Of a DNA stretch of 64,000 nt, positions 48,836 to 58,757 are shown in pieces. Source of the stretch: Candidatus Omnitrophota bacterium (lineage in GTDB: Bacteria; Omnitrophota; Gorgyraeia; Zapsychrales; Fredricksoniimonadaceae); contig CAIOPG010000017.1 in NCBI GenBank assembly GCA_903860135.1, positions 11,364 to 75,363 on the forward strand, read 5' to 3'. A program made the position numbers and the translations under genes. The number at the start of each line of letters is the position of its first letter. Positions within the stretch are counted from its first letter, which is position 1. A model generated the notes under the pieces. The model saw only the letters and a program-made list of their open reading frames with translations, was not told the DNA's origin and did no database searches.

Positions 48836-49279
48836 TCACTGCCGGACTGGATCAACCGGCAAATTTGCGCGCTGGGCTTCAAGGCCGGCACGTCGGAGTT
48901 CATTGGTCATTTGACCCAACTTGATCTGCAATGCCGCTTTCTCAAGCCCCGAGGCCTGTATCTCCTTGCGCAAAGTGTTCTCCTGCCAACGGCCCTGTCG
49001 CTCCACCTTCTGGATATCCGCCTTGAGCACCTTGTTTTCTTCCTTTGTTTTATCCATCGACTCCTGAAGCCTTGCCAGCCTGATCTGTGTAGCCTGAAGA
49101 TCTGCCTCCAGCTTCTTGACACGGTATTCACCGCGCTGGAGTTCTTCTTCTGCGCTCATACGGCCGTACCTTTCCTGTTCCAATATCCGTGTGATGTCCG
49201 TATTCTCACGGCCAAAACGGATCAACAGAAAAATACTCACACCCGCCACAAGAAAGAAAAAAAATAATGCCTTCTTCAA
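48836..49279 (-). CDS. hypothetical membrane-anchored coiled-coil protein
   Basis: N-terminal hydrophobic helix, then heptad-rich E/K/Q/L sequence; fills the purA-uppS gap in operon orientation. Confidence 0.65.
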   Translation of the reverse strand: MKKALFFFFLVAGVSIFLLIRFGRENTDITRILEQERYGRMSAEEELQRGEYRVKKLEADLQATQIRLARLQESMDKTKEENKVLKADIQKVERQGRWQENTLRKEIQASGLEKAALQIKLGQMTNELRRAGLEAQRANLPVDPVRQ

Positions 49280-49317
49280 AGGATATTCCTCAAAAACACC
49301 CCGGCAGGGGCAACAGT

Positions 49318-50589
49318 TTAGCGCACAATGATCTCGTTACGATCAGAGCCGATAGAAATATACTTGATCGGCACACCCACAAGTTCCTCGATCCGCTCGA
49401 GGTAAGCGCGTGCCTTGGCAGGAAGTTTCCGGTATTCACGGATACTGCCGACCGGAGACTGCCAGCCAGGCATCTCCACATAAACAGGCTTGGCCTTGCA
49501 CAGCACTTCATAATCATGAGAAAAATCCTTAAAGATCTTGCCCTTGTACTTATACGCCGTGCAAAGGCTGATGGTCTTTAACTCGTCAAGCACGTCGAGC
49601 TTCATGATCGCCAGCTCGTCAAATCCACCCGTCACCGCCGCGTAACGCACCAGGACACTGTCAAACCATCCGCAGCGCCTTGCCCGGCCGGTGGTGGCAC
49701 CAAATTCCTTGCCCTTGGTGCGGATCTCCTCTTCCATCTTGCGGTCAAATTCCGTCGGAAAAGGCCCCTCGCCCACACGGGTGGTATACGCTTTCACCGC
49801 GGCAATGATCTTGTCCAGCTTTGTGGGAGCCACACCACTGCCGGAAGCAACGCCACCGACGGTTGTATTCGAGGACGTCACGTACGGATATGTCCCGAAA
49901 TCTATGTCGAGAAAAGCCCCCTGCGCCCCTTCAAAGAGAACTGATTTCTTTCGCGCAATAGCATCATTCACATACAACGCCGTATCGCAAACATACGGCT
50001 TCAGGCGACGGGCATAGCGCGTGTATTCATTATAGATATCGTCGATTGTAAAACCATCCTGGGCAAAAACCTTCTTGAAATACTCATTCTTCTCGCGCAG
50101 GTTATCTTCCAGCTTGGCACGGAACACGCGCGGATTAAGCAGATCCACCATACGGATGCCGCAACGCGTCACCTTGTCGGCATAGCAAGGGCCGATCCCC
50201 CGGCCGGTGGTGCCGATGCGGTGCTCGCGCATTTTTTCGCGCAGACCGTCGAGCACCCGGTGATACGGCATAACAATATGGCTGTTGACGGCAATCTTCA
50301 ACTGTTCGGGCGCGACCACAATGCCGCGCTTCTTGAGGCCATCGATCTCCTCGAGCAACGCTTTAGGGTCAACCACCACGCCGTTGCCGATCACACACAC
50401 CTTGCCACTGCGCAAGATCGCCGATGGCAAAAGATGAAAGACATAGTGCTCTTTGCCTACAATAACGGTATGACCGGCATTGCTACCGCCCTGATAGCGC
50501 ACCGTAACATCCACATCTTTGGAAAGGATGTCAATGAGTTTGCCCTTTCCTTCATCACCCCACTGAGCACCAACCACAACAATATTCAT
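49318..50589 (-). CDS. purA: adenylosuccinate synthetase
   Basis: GAQWGDEGKGK, QGGSNAGHT, IGTTGRGIGP, EFGATTGR.RRCGW; start at MNIVVVG. Confidence 0.98.
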   Translation of the reverse strand: MNIVVVGAQWGDEGKGKLIDILSKDVDVTVRYQGGSNAGHTVIVGKEHYVFHLLPSAILRSGKVCVIGNGVVVDPKALLEEIDGLKKRGIVVAPEQLKIAVNSHIVMPYHRVLDGLREKMREHRIGTTGRGIGPCYADKVTRCGIRMVDLLNPRVFRAKLEDNLREKNEYFKKVFAQDGFTIDDIYNEYTRYARRLKPYVCDTALYVNDAIARKKSVLFEGAQGAFLDIDFGTYPYVTSSNTTVGGVASGSGVAPTKLDKIIAAVKAYTTRVGEGPFPTEFDRKMEEEIRTKGKEFGATTGRARRCGWFDSVLVRYAAVTGGFDELAIMKLDVLDELKTISLCTAYKYKGKIFKDFSHDYEVLCKAKPVYVEMPGWQSPVGSIREYRKLPAKARAYLERIEELVGVPIKYISIGSDRNEIIVR

Positions 50590-50603
50590 CAGGCATTCCT
50601 TTG

Positions 50604-51293
50604 CTAAAACCTGTTGTAAAAAAAGTACACAAGTGCGCATCCCGACGCCAGATAAAAAGCCGACAGGATGATCAAAACCAATGACCGCTGGCGCGCGGGG
50701 AAGTTCTTCGCGCAAACCCGGATCACAAAAAAAGACACAAGCACCGCTACCGATGCCGCATTACGGCAGATCTCATAAAACACAAGACCTGTCAGCGAAT
50801 CCCAAAGCCTGCCCGGCAAGAAGACCATCGAAGACTGCCACTGCGCCTGAAAACCCGTAGGCCACACATAAGCGATCGCCACAAGCCACAACGCCGAAAA
50901 GGTGCCGATAAGGCCAGCAACTCCCCGGCTGACAGAAATACATCCCACGCATAAGGCAAAAGACGCCGTGCCATCACGTCTCAACAAATGCCACTGGTGC
51001 CAGAACAAACCGCCCGCCAGCACGAAACCAACCCCACAAACCAGATAACTGATGGTTGTTAAAAGCTTGAACAGTGGCGCGCCTGTCATATAAGCACCAA
51101 GGCCAGCCTGTAAAACAATCCCCCAGAAGATAAGCACAACCGCAAAATTCAGGACATACGCCTGAAGCACATCAAGCCGCGTTTTCCTTAAAAGAAGCAA
51201 TCCTAATGCCAGCACCCCGGCTGTTGCCAAATGGGTCGGCGCGAACGACTCCTGCATACCGACAGCAAAAAATACCGAAAGATCAAACCCCAT
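50604..51293 (-). CDS. polytopic membrane protein, possibly degenerate CcdA/DsbD-TM-like
   Basis: About 6 hydrophobic helices; co-oriented between serA and purA. Confidence 0.55.
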   Translation of the reverse strand: MGFDLSVFFAVGMQESFAPTHLATAGVLALGLLLLRKTRLDVLQAYVLNFAVVLIFWGIVLQAGLGAYMTGAPLFKLLTTISYLVCGVGFVLAGGLFWHQWHLLRRDGTASFALCVGCISVSRGVAGLIGTFSALWLVAIAYVWPTGFQAQWQSSMVFLPGRLWDSLTGLVFYEICRNAASVAVLVSFFVIRVCAKNFPARQRSLVLIILSAFYLASGCALVYFFYNRF

Positions 51294-51298
51294 GGCCT

Positions 51299-52891
51299 TC
51301 AGACTTTCAGCATTTTAACAAACTGAATACCAGTAACGGCCCTGAGCGCTTCAATGACCGCGGCAGGCATTTCACCATCGACATTCACAACGCTGACCGC
51401 TGTCGCACCTTCTTTTTCACGTCCGAACGTTATATAGGCAATGTTGATGCCCGCATTGCCGAGCGCCGTCCCAACGGCACCGACGATGCCGGGAATATCC
51501 TTGTTACGGATGAAAAGGATATTCCCTGAAGGAACAGCCTCGACATAAACATTATTGACTTTAACAATACGCGCCTGCTGGTTCGAAGAAAGCGTCCCCC
51601 AAACCTCAAGGCGCTCCTTGTCGGTCACAAGCTCGAGCGTCACCGCATTGACAAACTCACCCTCGGCATTCGAATGGACCTCTTCAAGGTTGATCCCGCG
51701 CTCCTTGGCAATGTCAATGGCGTTGATCGCATTGACATTATCCGCCAGGATCGGCTTCAGTACCCCATTAGCCAGCGCCATCGTTACCGGCAATGCATTG
51801 TATTTCGACAGGATACCGCTGTAAGTGATCGTGATGGCCTTAAGCCCGCCATTCACCAACTGCCCTGCGAATTTGCCCAGCTTATCGCCGAGATCAATGT
51901 AAGGCTCGAGCACCTTGAAAGATTCCGCATCGAGCGACGGGAAATTGGCCGCATTGCGGATACCTTTGCCCAGAAGCGCATCCTTGACCGTATAAGCGAT
52001 CTCGATAGCCACATTCACCTGGGCTTCTGCGGTCGATGCCCCCAAATGCGGGGTCAATACACAGGCGTCAAACTTGAGCAGTGGCTGATCAGCAGCCGGA
52101 GGTTCCTCATCATAAACGTCAAGCGCCGCACCGGCAATCCGCTTGGACTCCAGAGCCTGCACCAGGGCCGCCTCATCAATGATCCCGCCGCGCGCACAAT
52201 TGACAAGACGCACCGACTTCTTCATAAGATTAATTTCTTTTTCACCGATCATGCCCTTGGTTGTGTCGGTCTTGGGGACATGCACCGTGATAAAATCTGA
52301 ATTCTTGAAAAGATCCTCGAGCGGTGACATCACGATGCCCCGCCGGGCAGCCATTTCCGCCGAAAGGAACGGGTCATACGCCTTGATCGTCATCCCGAAA
52401 CCCTGCGCGAACTTGGCGACCGTTGAGCCGATACGGCCAAGCCCGATCACGCCCAGTGTCTTGCCGTAAAGCTCGACACCCTGAAACTTCCCGCGTTCCC
52501 ATTTGCCGGCCTTCATCGACCCGTGCGCCTGCGGAATGTTACGCGCCAGCGCCATGATCAGGCTGAACGTATGCTCGGCCGTGGATGTGGTGTTCCCGCC
52601 AGGCGTATTCATCGCAATAATGCCCCGCTTGGTCGCGGCCTTCAGATCCACATTGTCAAGCCCCACCCCGGCCCGGCCAATGACCTTAAGCCGGGTCGCC
52701 GCATCAATGATCTCGGCTGTGACTTGCGTACCCGAACGCACAATAAGGGCATCATAACCGGCAATGATCTCCTTGAGCTGTTCAGGCTTGAGGTCATAGC
52801 GGCAATCCACCTCGAAAGCCTCCGCTTCTCTAAGAATGCTGAGGCCTTCCTCGGCGAGTTTATCGCTGACTAATATTTTCATCTTGGTCAT
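51299..52891 (-). CDS. serA: D-3-phosphoglycerate dehydrogenase (with ASB and ACT domains)
   Basis: GRAGVGLDNVD, GLGRIG, NCARGG, TPHLGAST.EAQ, D.PGIVG. Confidence 0.96.
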   Translation of the reverse strand: MTKMKILVSDKLAEEGLSILREAEAFEVDCRYDLKPEQLKEIIAGYDALIVRSGTQVTAEIIDAATRLKVIGRAGVGLDNVDLKAATKRGIIAMNTPGGNTTSTAEHTFSLIMALARNIPQAHGSMKAGKWERGKFQGVELYGKTLGVIGLGRIGSTVAKFAQGFGMTIKAYDPFLSAEMAARRGIVMSPLEDLFKNSDFITVHVPKTDTTKGMIGEKEINLMKKSVRLVNCARGGIIDEAALVQALESKRIAGAALDVYDEEPPAADQPLLKFDACVLTPHLGASTAEAQVNVAIEIAYTVKDALLGKGIRNAANFPSLDAESFKVLEPYIDLGDKLGKFAGQLVNGGLKAITITYSGILSKYNALPVTMALANGVLKPILADNVNAINAIDIAKERGINLEEVHSNAEGEFVNAVTLELVTDKERLEVWGTLSSNQQARIVKVNNVYVEAVPSGNILFIRNKDIPGIVGAVGTALGNAGINIAYITFGREKEGATAVSVVNVDGEMPAAVIEALRAVTGIQFVKMLKV

Positions 52892-52921
52892 ACAATGCTC
52901 CTGGGATGGCCTTCGTTGAAA

Positions 52922-54061
52922 TTAAGCATTTAATACTTTTTGAGCTGCCGCAAGGCTGGCGCCCAATTCAAATTTGTGTCCGGCTTCTTTAAGAACTTTC
53001 TCAAGGCACGCCAATCCGGTCAAGATATCATACTCATCGACCGCACCCATATGGGCGATACGGATAGCCTTCCCGTCAAGATCGCCCTGGCCTCCGGCAA
53101 ACGTGATCCCGTGCGTATCGCGCATGATCTTGACGATCTTCTTGGGATTGAGCGCCTCAGGGATAACGATCGCTGTCAACCCGCGCGAACGGTAATCCGG
53201 CTGGGCATAAACTTTAAGGCCAATGGCCTCGACCGCCGCCCACACAGCCTGCGCCATCTTGAGGTAGTACGCCTGTTTCTTTTCAATACCCGCCGCCAGG
53301 AGCATCTTGACAGCCTCATTGAGGGCGATCACAATCCCGATCGCCGGTGTGAAAGGCGTGTCCGTATCCGCCAGCGCCTTACGGCACTTGCGCAGGTCAA
53401 AATAAAAACGCACATTCGACGACGTTTCAAAAAGCGCGATGGCTTTGGCACTCGCCGCCACAATACCAACGCCCGGCGGCAGCATCAGCCCCTTGTGCGA
53501 TCCGGAACAAACCACGTCCACGCCCCATTCATCCATGCTGATCGGTTCAGTCCCCAGCGCGCTCACCGCATCGACCACCAGCGCCGTTGCCGTCGCACGC
53601 GTGACCGCCGCGATCCCCTTAAGATCCGGTGTAGCCGATGTCGAGGTTTCGCACTGCGTGATAAAGATGGCTTTCGCATCCGGATGCTCGGTCAGCGCGG
53701 CCTTTACCTCATCGGGGGTGATCGTCCGGCCCCATTCGATCTTGAGCGTCACGGCGTTAAGCTTGTACGCCTTGGCCAACGCGGCCCAGCGTTCGCCGAA
53801 CTTCCCGTATTCCACGGTGATCACCTTGTCGCCGGGAGAAGCGATATTAGCAACCGCCGCTTCCATCGCTCCGGTACCTGATGATGCCAAAAGATAAACG
53901 TCACTCGTGGTGCCGATCAATTTTTTCAAGCCTTCAAAAAGTTCCTTCAACACCTGCTGGAACTGGGGGGTGCGGTGATGGATGATCGGACGTCCCAATA
54001 CCTCGCATAATTCAACAGGGACTTTTGACGGCCCCGGGGTTAACAGCAGATTTCTTTTCAT
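52922..54061 (-). CDS. class V PLP aminotransferase (alanine-glyoxylate/phosphoserine aminotransferase type)
   Basis: LLTPGP, HHRTP, SGTGAME, ETST, DAVS, SHKGLM.PPG, RIAHMG; adjacent to serA. Confidence 0.9.
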   Translation of the reverse strand: MKRNLLLTPGPSKVPVELCEVLGRPIIHHRTPQFQQVLKELFEGLKKLIGTTSDVYLLASSGTGAMEAAVANIASPGDKVITVEYGKFGERWAALAKAYKLNAVTLKIEWGRTITPDEVKAALTEHPDAKAIFITQCETSTSATPDLKGIAAVTRATATALVVDAVSALGTEPISMDEWGVDVVCSGSHKGLMLPPGVGIVAASAKAIALFETSSNVRFYFDLRKCRKALADTDTPFTPAIGIVIALNEAVKMLLAAGIEKKQAYYLKMAQAVWAAVEAIGLKVYAQPDYRSRGLTAIVIPEALNPKKIVKIMRDTHGITFAGGQGDLDGKAIRIAHMGAVDEYDILTGLACLEKVLKEAGHKFELGASLAAAQKVLNA

Positions 54062-54101
54062 GTGATTTCCTTTCTATCACTTTCTTTATAAAACTTCCGC
54101 A

Positions 54102-54698
54102 TCAACGGACAATAGCGGGAACAACCGCATCAACAAGCCCATAATCCTTGGCTTCCTGGGCTGACATGAAAAAATCGCGGTCAGAATCCTTGAGGATCTT
54201 TTCCAGCGGCTGCTTTGAATGCCGCGCGATGATCTCGGACAGGTTCTGTTTCATCCTCAATATCTCCTGGGCCTGGATCGATATATCACTCGCCGTACCT
54301 TCCGCCCCGCCCCACGGCTGGTGGATCATGATACGGGCATTGGGTAGTGCGAAACGCTTTCCCGTGGCTCCCGCCGTCAATAACACGGCGCCCATGCTGG
54401 CCGCCTGACCGATGCAATAGGTGCAAACCTTGGGTTTCAAGAACTGGATCGTGTCATAGATCGCCAGCCCCGCCGTAACAGAACCACCAGGAGAATTGAC
54501 ATAAAGGCTGATATCCTTGTCCGGATCATCCGACTGAAGGAACAACAGCTGGGCCACGACCAAATTGGCCACCACATCATCAATGGCCGTACCCAGAAAA
54601 ATAATACGGTCCTTGAGCAGGCGAGAAAAAATATCATAAGAACGCTCGGCATGACCGGTGCTCTCGACGACCATAGGAACCAGTGTGGCGCGTGTCAT
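54102..54698 (-). CDS. clpP: ATP-dependent Clp protease proteolytic subunit
   Basis: [37 protein letters not shown]; ATGA overlap with tig. Confidence 0.98.
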   Translation of the reverse strand: MTRATLVPMVVESTGHAERSYDIFSRLLKDRIIFLGTAIDDVVANLVVAQLLFLQSDDPDKDISLYVNSPGGSVTAGLAIYDTIQFLKPKVCTYCIGQAASMGAVLLTAGATGKRFALPNARIMIHQPWGGAEGTASDISIQAQEILRMKQNLSEIIARHSKQPLEKILKDSDRDFFMSAQEAKDYGLVDAVVPAIVR

Positions 54699-55591
54699 GA
54701 TTTGGCATCCTCCCATTTGGCTTCCTTTAACAAAAAGTCCATCACCTTGGCCGAAAGATTTTCACTGGCAGACGCGTCGATCTTTTCTATCTCGGCAATG
54801 GCACGCAAGATCAGGAAGGCCCGCACATCTTTCTCTGCTGAGACCCTGAGGTCCTTGGAAGCAGACTCCGCCTTCTTGGTGATATCCTCGTCCTTCATGC
54901 CGTAGGTCTTCAGGCGGCGAAAGAATTCTTCCATACGCCCTTCAAGCTGACGGTCGACCAGCGACTGAGGAACATCAAACTTGCTCTTGCCAATAAGGGC
55001 ATCAACCAACTGCGTTTCTGTATCATAATGATTCTGGCGTTCTTTTTCAGTTTCAAGATTCTGACGTACCGCTTTCTTCAAATCTTCAAGGGCAGGAAAG
55101 CCGACATTCTTCGCAAAAGCATCGTCTATGGGCGCATTTTCATCGGTCCCGCGGCCTTTCTTGAAAAACTCAAGGCTTTTGGTCACATCATCGTCGGAAA
55201 CATCCGCTTTCTTGCGGGTGAGCGTAATCCCCTTGTAATCTTTCACCTCGACAACAGGCCGCAGATCAAAAGTGGCCCGGAACACCAACGCACCATCTTT
55301 AATTTCGACCTGGTCGATCGCGGGAAAATCGATCGGCTCCAGTTTTTCAGCGGCAATGCATTCCTGATAAACTTCAGGGATCAATTTCTTCATCATTTCT
55401 TCACGCGCCAGATGGCCATGCGTGGAGGCTACCAGGTTGCGCGGCGCCTTGCCCGGACGGAAGCCCTTGATATTGGCATGACGGACAAGCTCCTTCATGA
55501 CCTGCTCCAATTTTAACTGCACACGTTCCGCGGGCACCTCGACCTGCATTTCACGACGAAGCGCATCCAGTTTCTTGACAGAAATATTCAT
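54695..55591 (-). CDS. tig: trigger factor, short form lacking the PPIase domain
   Basis: GFRPGKAP ribosome-binding signature; tig-clpP synteny; 298 aa. Confidence 0.9.
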   Translation of the reverse strand: MNISVKKLDALRREMQVEVPAERVQLKLEQVMKELVRHANIKGFRPGKAPRNLVASTHGHLAREEMMKKLIPEVYQECIAAEKLEPIDFPAIDQVEIKDGALVFRATFDLRPVVEVKDYKGITLTRKKADVSDDDVTKSLEFFKKGRGTDENAPIDDAFAKNVGFPALEDLKKAVRQNLETEKERQNHYDTETQLVDALIGKSKFDVPQSLVDRQLEGRMEEFFRRLKTYGMKDEDITKKAESASKDLRVSAEKDVRAFLILRAIAEIEKIDASASENLSAKVMDFLLKEAKWEDAKS

Positions 55592-55710
55592 AAATACAAC
55601 ATGCTCCTTTCAACATAGAATTTTCGGGAAAAAACCATCATAAATGAAATATATTTAAAAGCAACCACTTATTAGACGATAACAGCCCCCGGTCCATGCC
55701 GCCCGGGTTA

Positions 55711-56433
55711 TCACATGGAAAACTTTTCCCCAAGATACACCTTGCGGGCCTTGGGGTCATTGATAAGATCCGCGGCACTGCCCGCGATCAAGATACGCCC
55801 TTCAGCCACAAGATAAGCGCGGTCAACGATCGCAAGGGTCTCACGCACATTGTGATCGGTCAACAGGATCCCGAGTCCCCGTTTCTTGAGGTCCCGGATG
55901 ATCTCCTGCGCTTCGGCCACAACGATCGGATCTATGCCCGAAAAAGGTTCGTCGAGCAAAATGAACGACGGCTGGGTCACCAGCGCCCGCGTGATCTCAA
56001 GGCGGCGGCGTTCTCCGCCTGAAAGCGTATAAGCCTTACTGCGTGCCAGATGAGAAATATTCAATTCCTCGAGCAACGACTCCAGGCGGCGCTTTCTTTC
56101 CAGCGGCCCGATGTTGAGCGTTTCAAGCACGGCCATGATATTCTCCGCCACCGTGAGCTTGCGGAAAATAGATGGTTCCTGGGCCAGATACCCCATCCCT
56201 AAGCGACAACGCGCATGGATGGGCTTCGCCGTAATATCCTCCTGATCAAAGAATATCTTCCCCTCATCCGGCGCCACTATCCCGGCTGCCATATAAAACG
56301 ACGTGGTCTTGCCAGCCCCGTTGGGCCCCAGTAACCCGACGATCTCCGAACGGCCGACCGAAAGGCTCAAGCCGTTAACCACCCGGCGGCCATTATATAT
56401 CTTTACCAGATCCTTCAATTCCAGAAGATCCAT
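55711..56433 (-). CDS. lptB: LPS export ABC transporter ATP-binding protein
   Basis: GPNGAGKTT, GYLAQEPSIFRKL, LSGGERRR, LLDEPF, TDHNVRETL, VYLGE.F. Confidence 0.97.
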   Translation of the reverse strand: MDLLELKDLVKIYNGRRVVNGLSLSVGRSEIVGLLGPNGAGKTTSFYMAAGIVAPDEGKIFFDQEDITAKPIHARCRLGMGYLAQEPSIFRKLTVAENIMAVLETLNIGPLERKRRLESLLEELNISHLARSKAYTLSGGERRRLEITRALVTQPSFILLDEPFSGIDPIVVAEAQEIIRDLKKRGLGILLTDHNVRETLAIVDRAYLVAEGRILIAGSAADLINDPKARKVYLGEKFSM

Positions 56434-56442
56434 GCCATCCCC

Positions 56443-57297
56443 TCAATATTTCAAGATATCACGCGACGAGCGGTCGCCGGGATCAATGAGAAGCTTTGGT
56501 TTTCCTGTCAAGATCATGCGCTGTTCATCCGCCTTGTAGACAAGATTATCCGAATACGTGATATTCTGCCCCTGGTGCACTTCTACATTACCAGTACAAA
56601 CGATCTCCTTGATCTTCTTTGAATCTTCATCAAACACCACCTGCATACGATCGGCTTTAAGCCGGCGCCCTGATGAAAGCTCCAGCGCCTGAACATTCTC
56701 GCTGAAGACTGCCGACTGAGAGGCCTGATCAACTTCCATGGGACCATCAGATGTGATCTGGATACGGTTGTCTTTGGTCTTATCCTTGGTATCGGAAAGA
56801 ATATTGGCGGTCACATCCCGTTTGAGTTTGGCTTCTTTGAGATTTGGATGCGCTTCAAGCCCCTGCCCCTGGACCGTCATGTTTGTATCCTCAATGCTGA
56901 CCTTGTCATTGGTCTGGACCAGGTCCTTGCCGCGCTGCCATTCTAGGGTATCCGTTTTAAGTGTCGCGCCACTCTCGGCGGTAATCACCACATTATCCTC
57001 AAGATTAACATTGCCTGTCGTCTTGTCAATATTCCCTTTCTTGGCCTGCATATTCAAATCCTGATCACCGTAAGAATTCGCGTTGACATTCGTGACCGCG
57101 ACCTGGTCTCCGTTAACATTCGCCTTGTCGCCTTTGATGTCCCAAGACTTTCTGCCACCTTCGGTATAGCCCGAAAGATTAAAGCCTTCGAGTTCCTGCG
57201 TGGGAATATTCTGCGCAGTGCCGGTGACAACATCTGCCGCTGAGGCAGCAAATGAAAAGAAAAACAACGCCATCAAACAAAAGAAGCTACGCCTCAT
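56443..57297 (-). CDS. lptC: LptC-like plus LptA/OstA-like beta-jellyroll protein
   Basis: Located between kdsC and lptB; W.IKG..A, V.LE.NV.I, L.T..L.W (LptC-like), then GNVEV.QG..T.SD.L.Y...ILTG.P (OstA-like). Confidence 0.75.
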   Translation of the reverse strand: MRRSFFCLMALFFFSFAASAADVVTGTAQNIPTQELEGFNLSGYTEGGRKSWDIKGDKANVNGDQVAVTNVNANSYGDQDLNMQAKKGNIDKTTGNVNLEDNVVITAESGATLKTDTLEWQRGKDLVQTNDKVSIEDTNMTVQGQGLEAHPNLKEAKLKRDVTANILSDTKDKTKDNRIQITSDGPMEVDQASQSAVFSENVQALELSSGRRLKADRMQVVFDEDSKKIKEIVCTGNVEVHQGQNITYSDNLVYKADEQRMILTGKPKLLIDPGDRSSRDILKY

Positions 57298-57797
57298 TCA
57301 ACACCCCAGCGCCCTTGAGCCTTAAGGATTTTTTCAACCGCCTCGCGCACCGCGCCGCGGCCGCCCCTGCGGCGTGTAACATAGTCAGCGACCTTCTTTA
57401 TTTCCGGAGCCGCATTGGCCACCGCCACAGCAAACCCGGCACGCGACAAGACCGCATGGTCAGGAAAATCATCGCCAATAAAACAAACCTCTTCATCAGC
57501 AACATTGAACGTCTTCAACAGATCCTCATAAGCATTGATCTTGGGTGACGCATCCAGATAAACTTTATCGATCTTAAGATCCGCCATCCGCGCCTTGACC
57601 GCCTCGGCACTGCGGGCGGAAATGACAGCCGTCTTCAAGCCTTCCCGGCGGGCACGGGCAATGGCATAACCATCCTGGACATCAAAGAACTTCAGCTCCT
57701 TGCCGGTGCCGTCATAAATGATACGGCCATCTGTCATGACCCCGTCCACATCCATGGCGATTACCTTGATCTTTTTAAGGCCGTCCTTCTTCATCAT
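57294..57797 (-). CDS. kdsC: KDO 8-phosphate phosphatase
   Basis: DVDGVMTDG, F.VQDG, FIGDD, GGRGAVRE. Confidence 0.95.
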   Translation of the reverse strand: MMKKDGLKKIKVIAMDVDGVMTDGRIIYDGTGKELKFFDVQDGYAIARARREGLKTAVISARSAEAVKARMADLKIDKVYLDASPKINAYEDLLKTFNVADEEVCFIGDDFPDHAVLSRAGFAVAVANAAPEIKKVADYVTRRRGGRGAVREAVEKILKAQGRWGVE

Positions 57798-58756
57798 CGC
57801 GCCAACCCCGCTTTCAAAAGATCCTGCACATCCAGGAGTCCGGTCAACTGCCCCTTGCCGTTAACAACAGGCAGTTCGTCCACTTTCTTCTGCATCAGGA
57901 TATCAAAGGCTTCGGCCGCCAGACGGTCACCTGAAATCGTCTGCGGATTCTTTGTCATGACCTTCCCCACAGGTCTGGTGAGGATCGCCGCATCTTCCTC
58001 GATGTGGCGGCGCAAGTCCCCGTCGGTAAATATCCCGACAAATTTCTGCCGTGCGTCGACCACACAGGCCGAGCCACAGCGCGCCTGCGTGATCGATAAA
58101 AGCACATCTTTGACCAGATCCGTATCGCGCACTTTGGCAAAATGACTGCCCTTGCGCATGATATCCTCGACCGTCAACAAAAGCCGCCGGCCAAGACTTC
58201 CCCCGGGATGGAAAAAAGCGAAATCTTCGCGCTTGAAATTCTTGCGGTCCACCAGGCAGGCGGCCAAGGCATCGCCCATGGCCAGGGTTGCCGTCGTCGA
58301 CGCCATTGGTGCCAGCCCCAGCGGACAACCTTCACGCGCGACACTCACATTGATAACAAGATCGCAATGCCGGGCCAGCGGCGACTTCAATCCGCCGGTC
58401 ATGGCGATCGTCTTACAGCCGATCTTTTTTAAAAGCGGCAGAAGTTTCACGGTCTCTTCCGTCTCTCCGCTGGAAGATATCAGAATAACCACGTCATCGC
58501 GCGTAACCTGCCCGAGATCGCCATGCGACGCTTCAGCGCTGTGCATATAAATGCTGGGAGTCCCGGTCGATGAAAGTGTTGCGGAAATCTTGCGGGCAAT
58601 AATACCGGTCTTGCCCATGCCGGACACGATCACACGCCCCGCGCACGCGGCCATGATGTTGACCGCCTCGGCAAAATCCTGATCGAGATGCTTGATGAGG
58701 GCCTTAACAGCAGTGGCCTCGATCTCTAAAAGTTCCTGCGCACGTTTTAATGGCAT
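57794..58756 (-). CDS. kdsD: arabinose-5-phosphate isomerase (KpsF/GutQ)
   Basis: GMGKTG, EASHGDLG, GLAPMASTT, FHPGGSLG, CBS pair. Confidence 0.95.
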   Translation of the reverse strand: MPLKRAQELLEIEATAVKALIKHLDQDFAEAVNIMAACAGRVIVSGMGKTGIIARKISATLSSTGTPSIYMHSAEASHGDLGQVTRDDVVILISSSGETEETVKLLPLLKKIGCKTIAMTGGLKSPLARHCDLVINVSVAREGCPLGLAPMASTTATLAMGDALAACLVDRKNFKREDFAFFHPGGSLGRRLLLTVEDIMRKGSHFAKVRDTDLVKDVLLSITQARCGSACVVDARQKFVGIFTDGDLRRHIEEDAAILTRPVGKVMTKNPQTISGDRLAAEAFDILMQKKVDELPVVNGKGQLTGLLDVQDLLKAGLAR

Positions 58757-58757
58757 A

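Noticed and set aside
50590-50715. N-terminal extension of PurA in the ORF track (likewise CdsA 48089-48190)
   Set aside because: Overlaps the upstream gene; the conserved protein starts at a downstream ATG
52940-53881. 313-aa plus-strand ORF
   Set aside because: Antisense shadow of the class V aminotransferase
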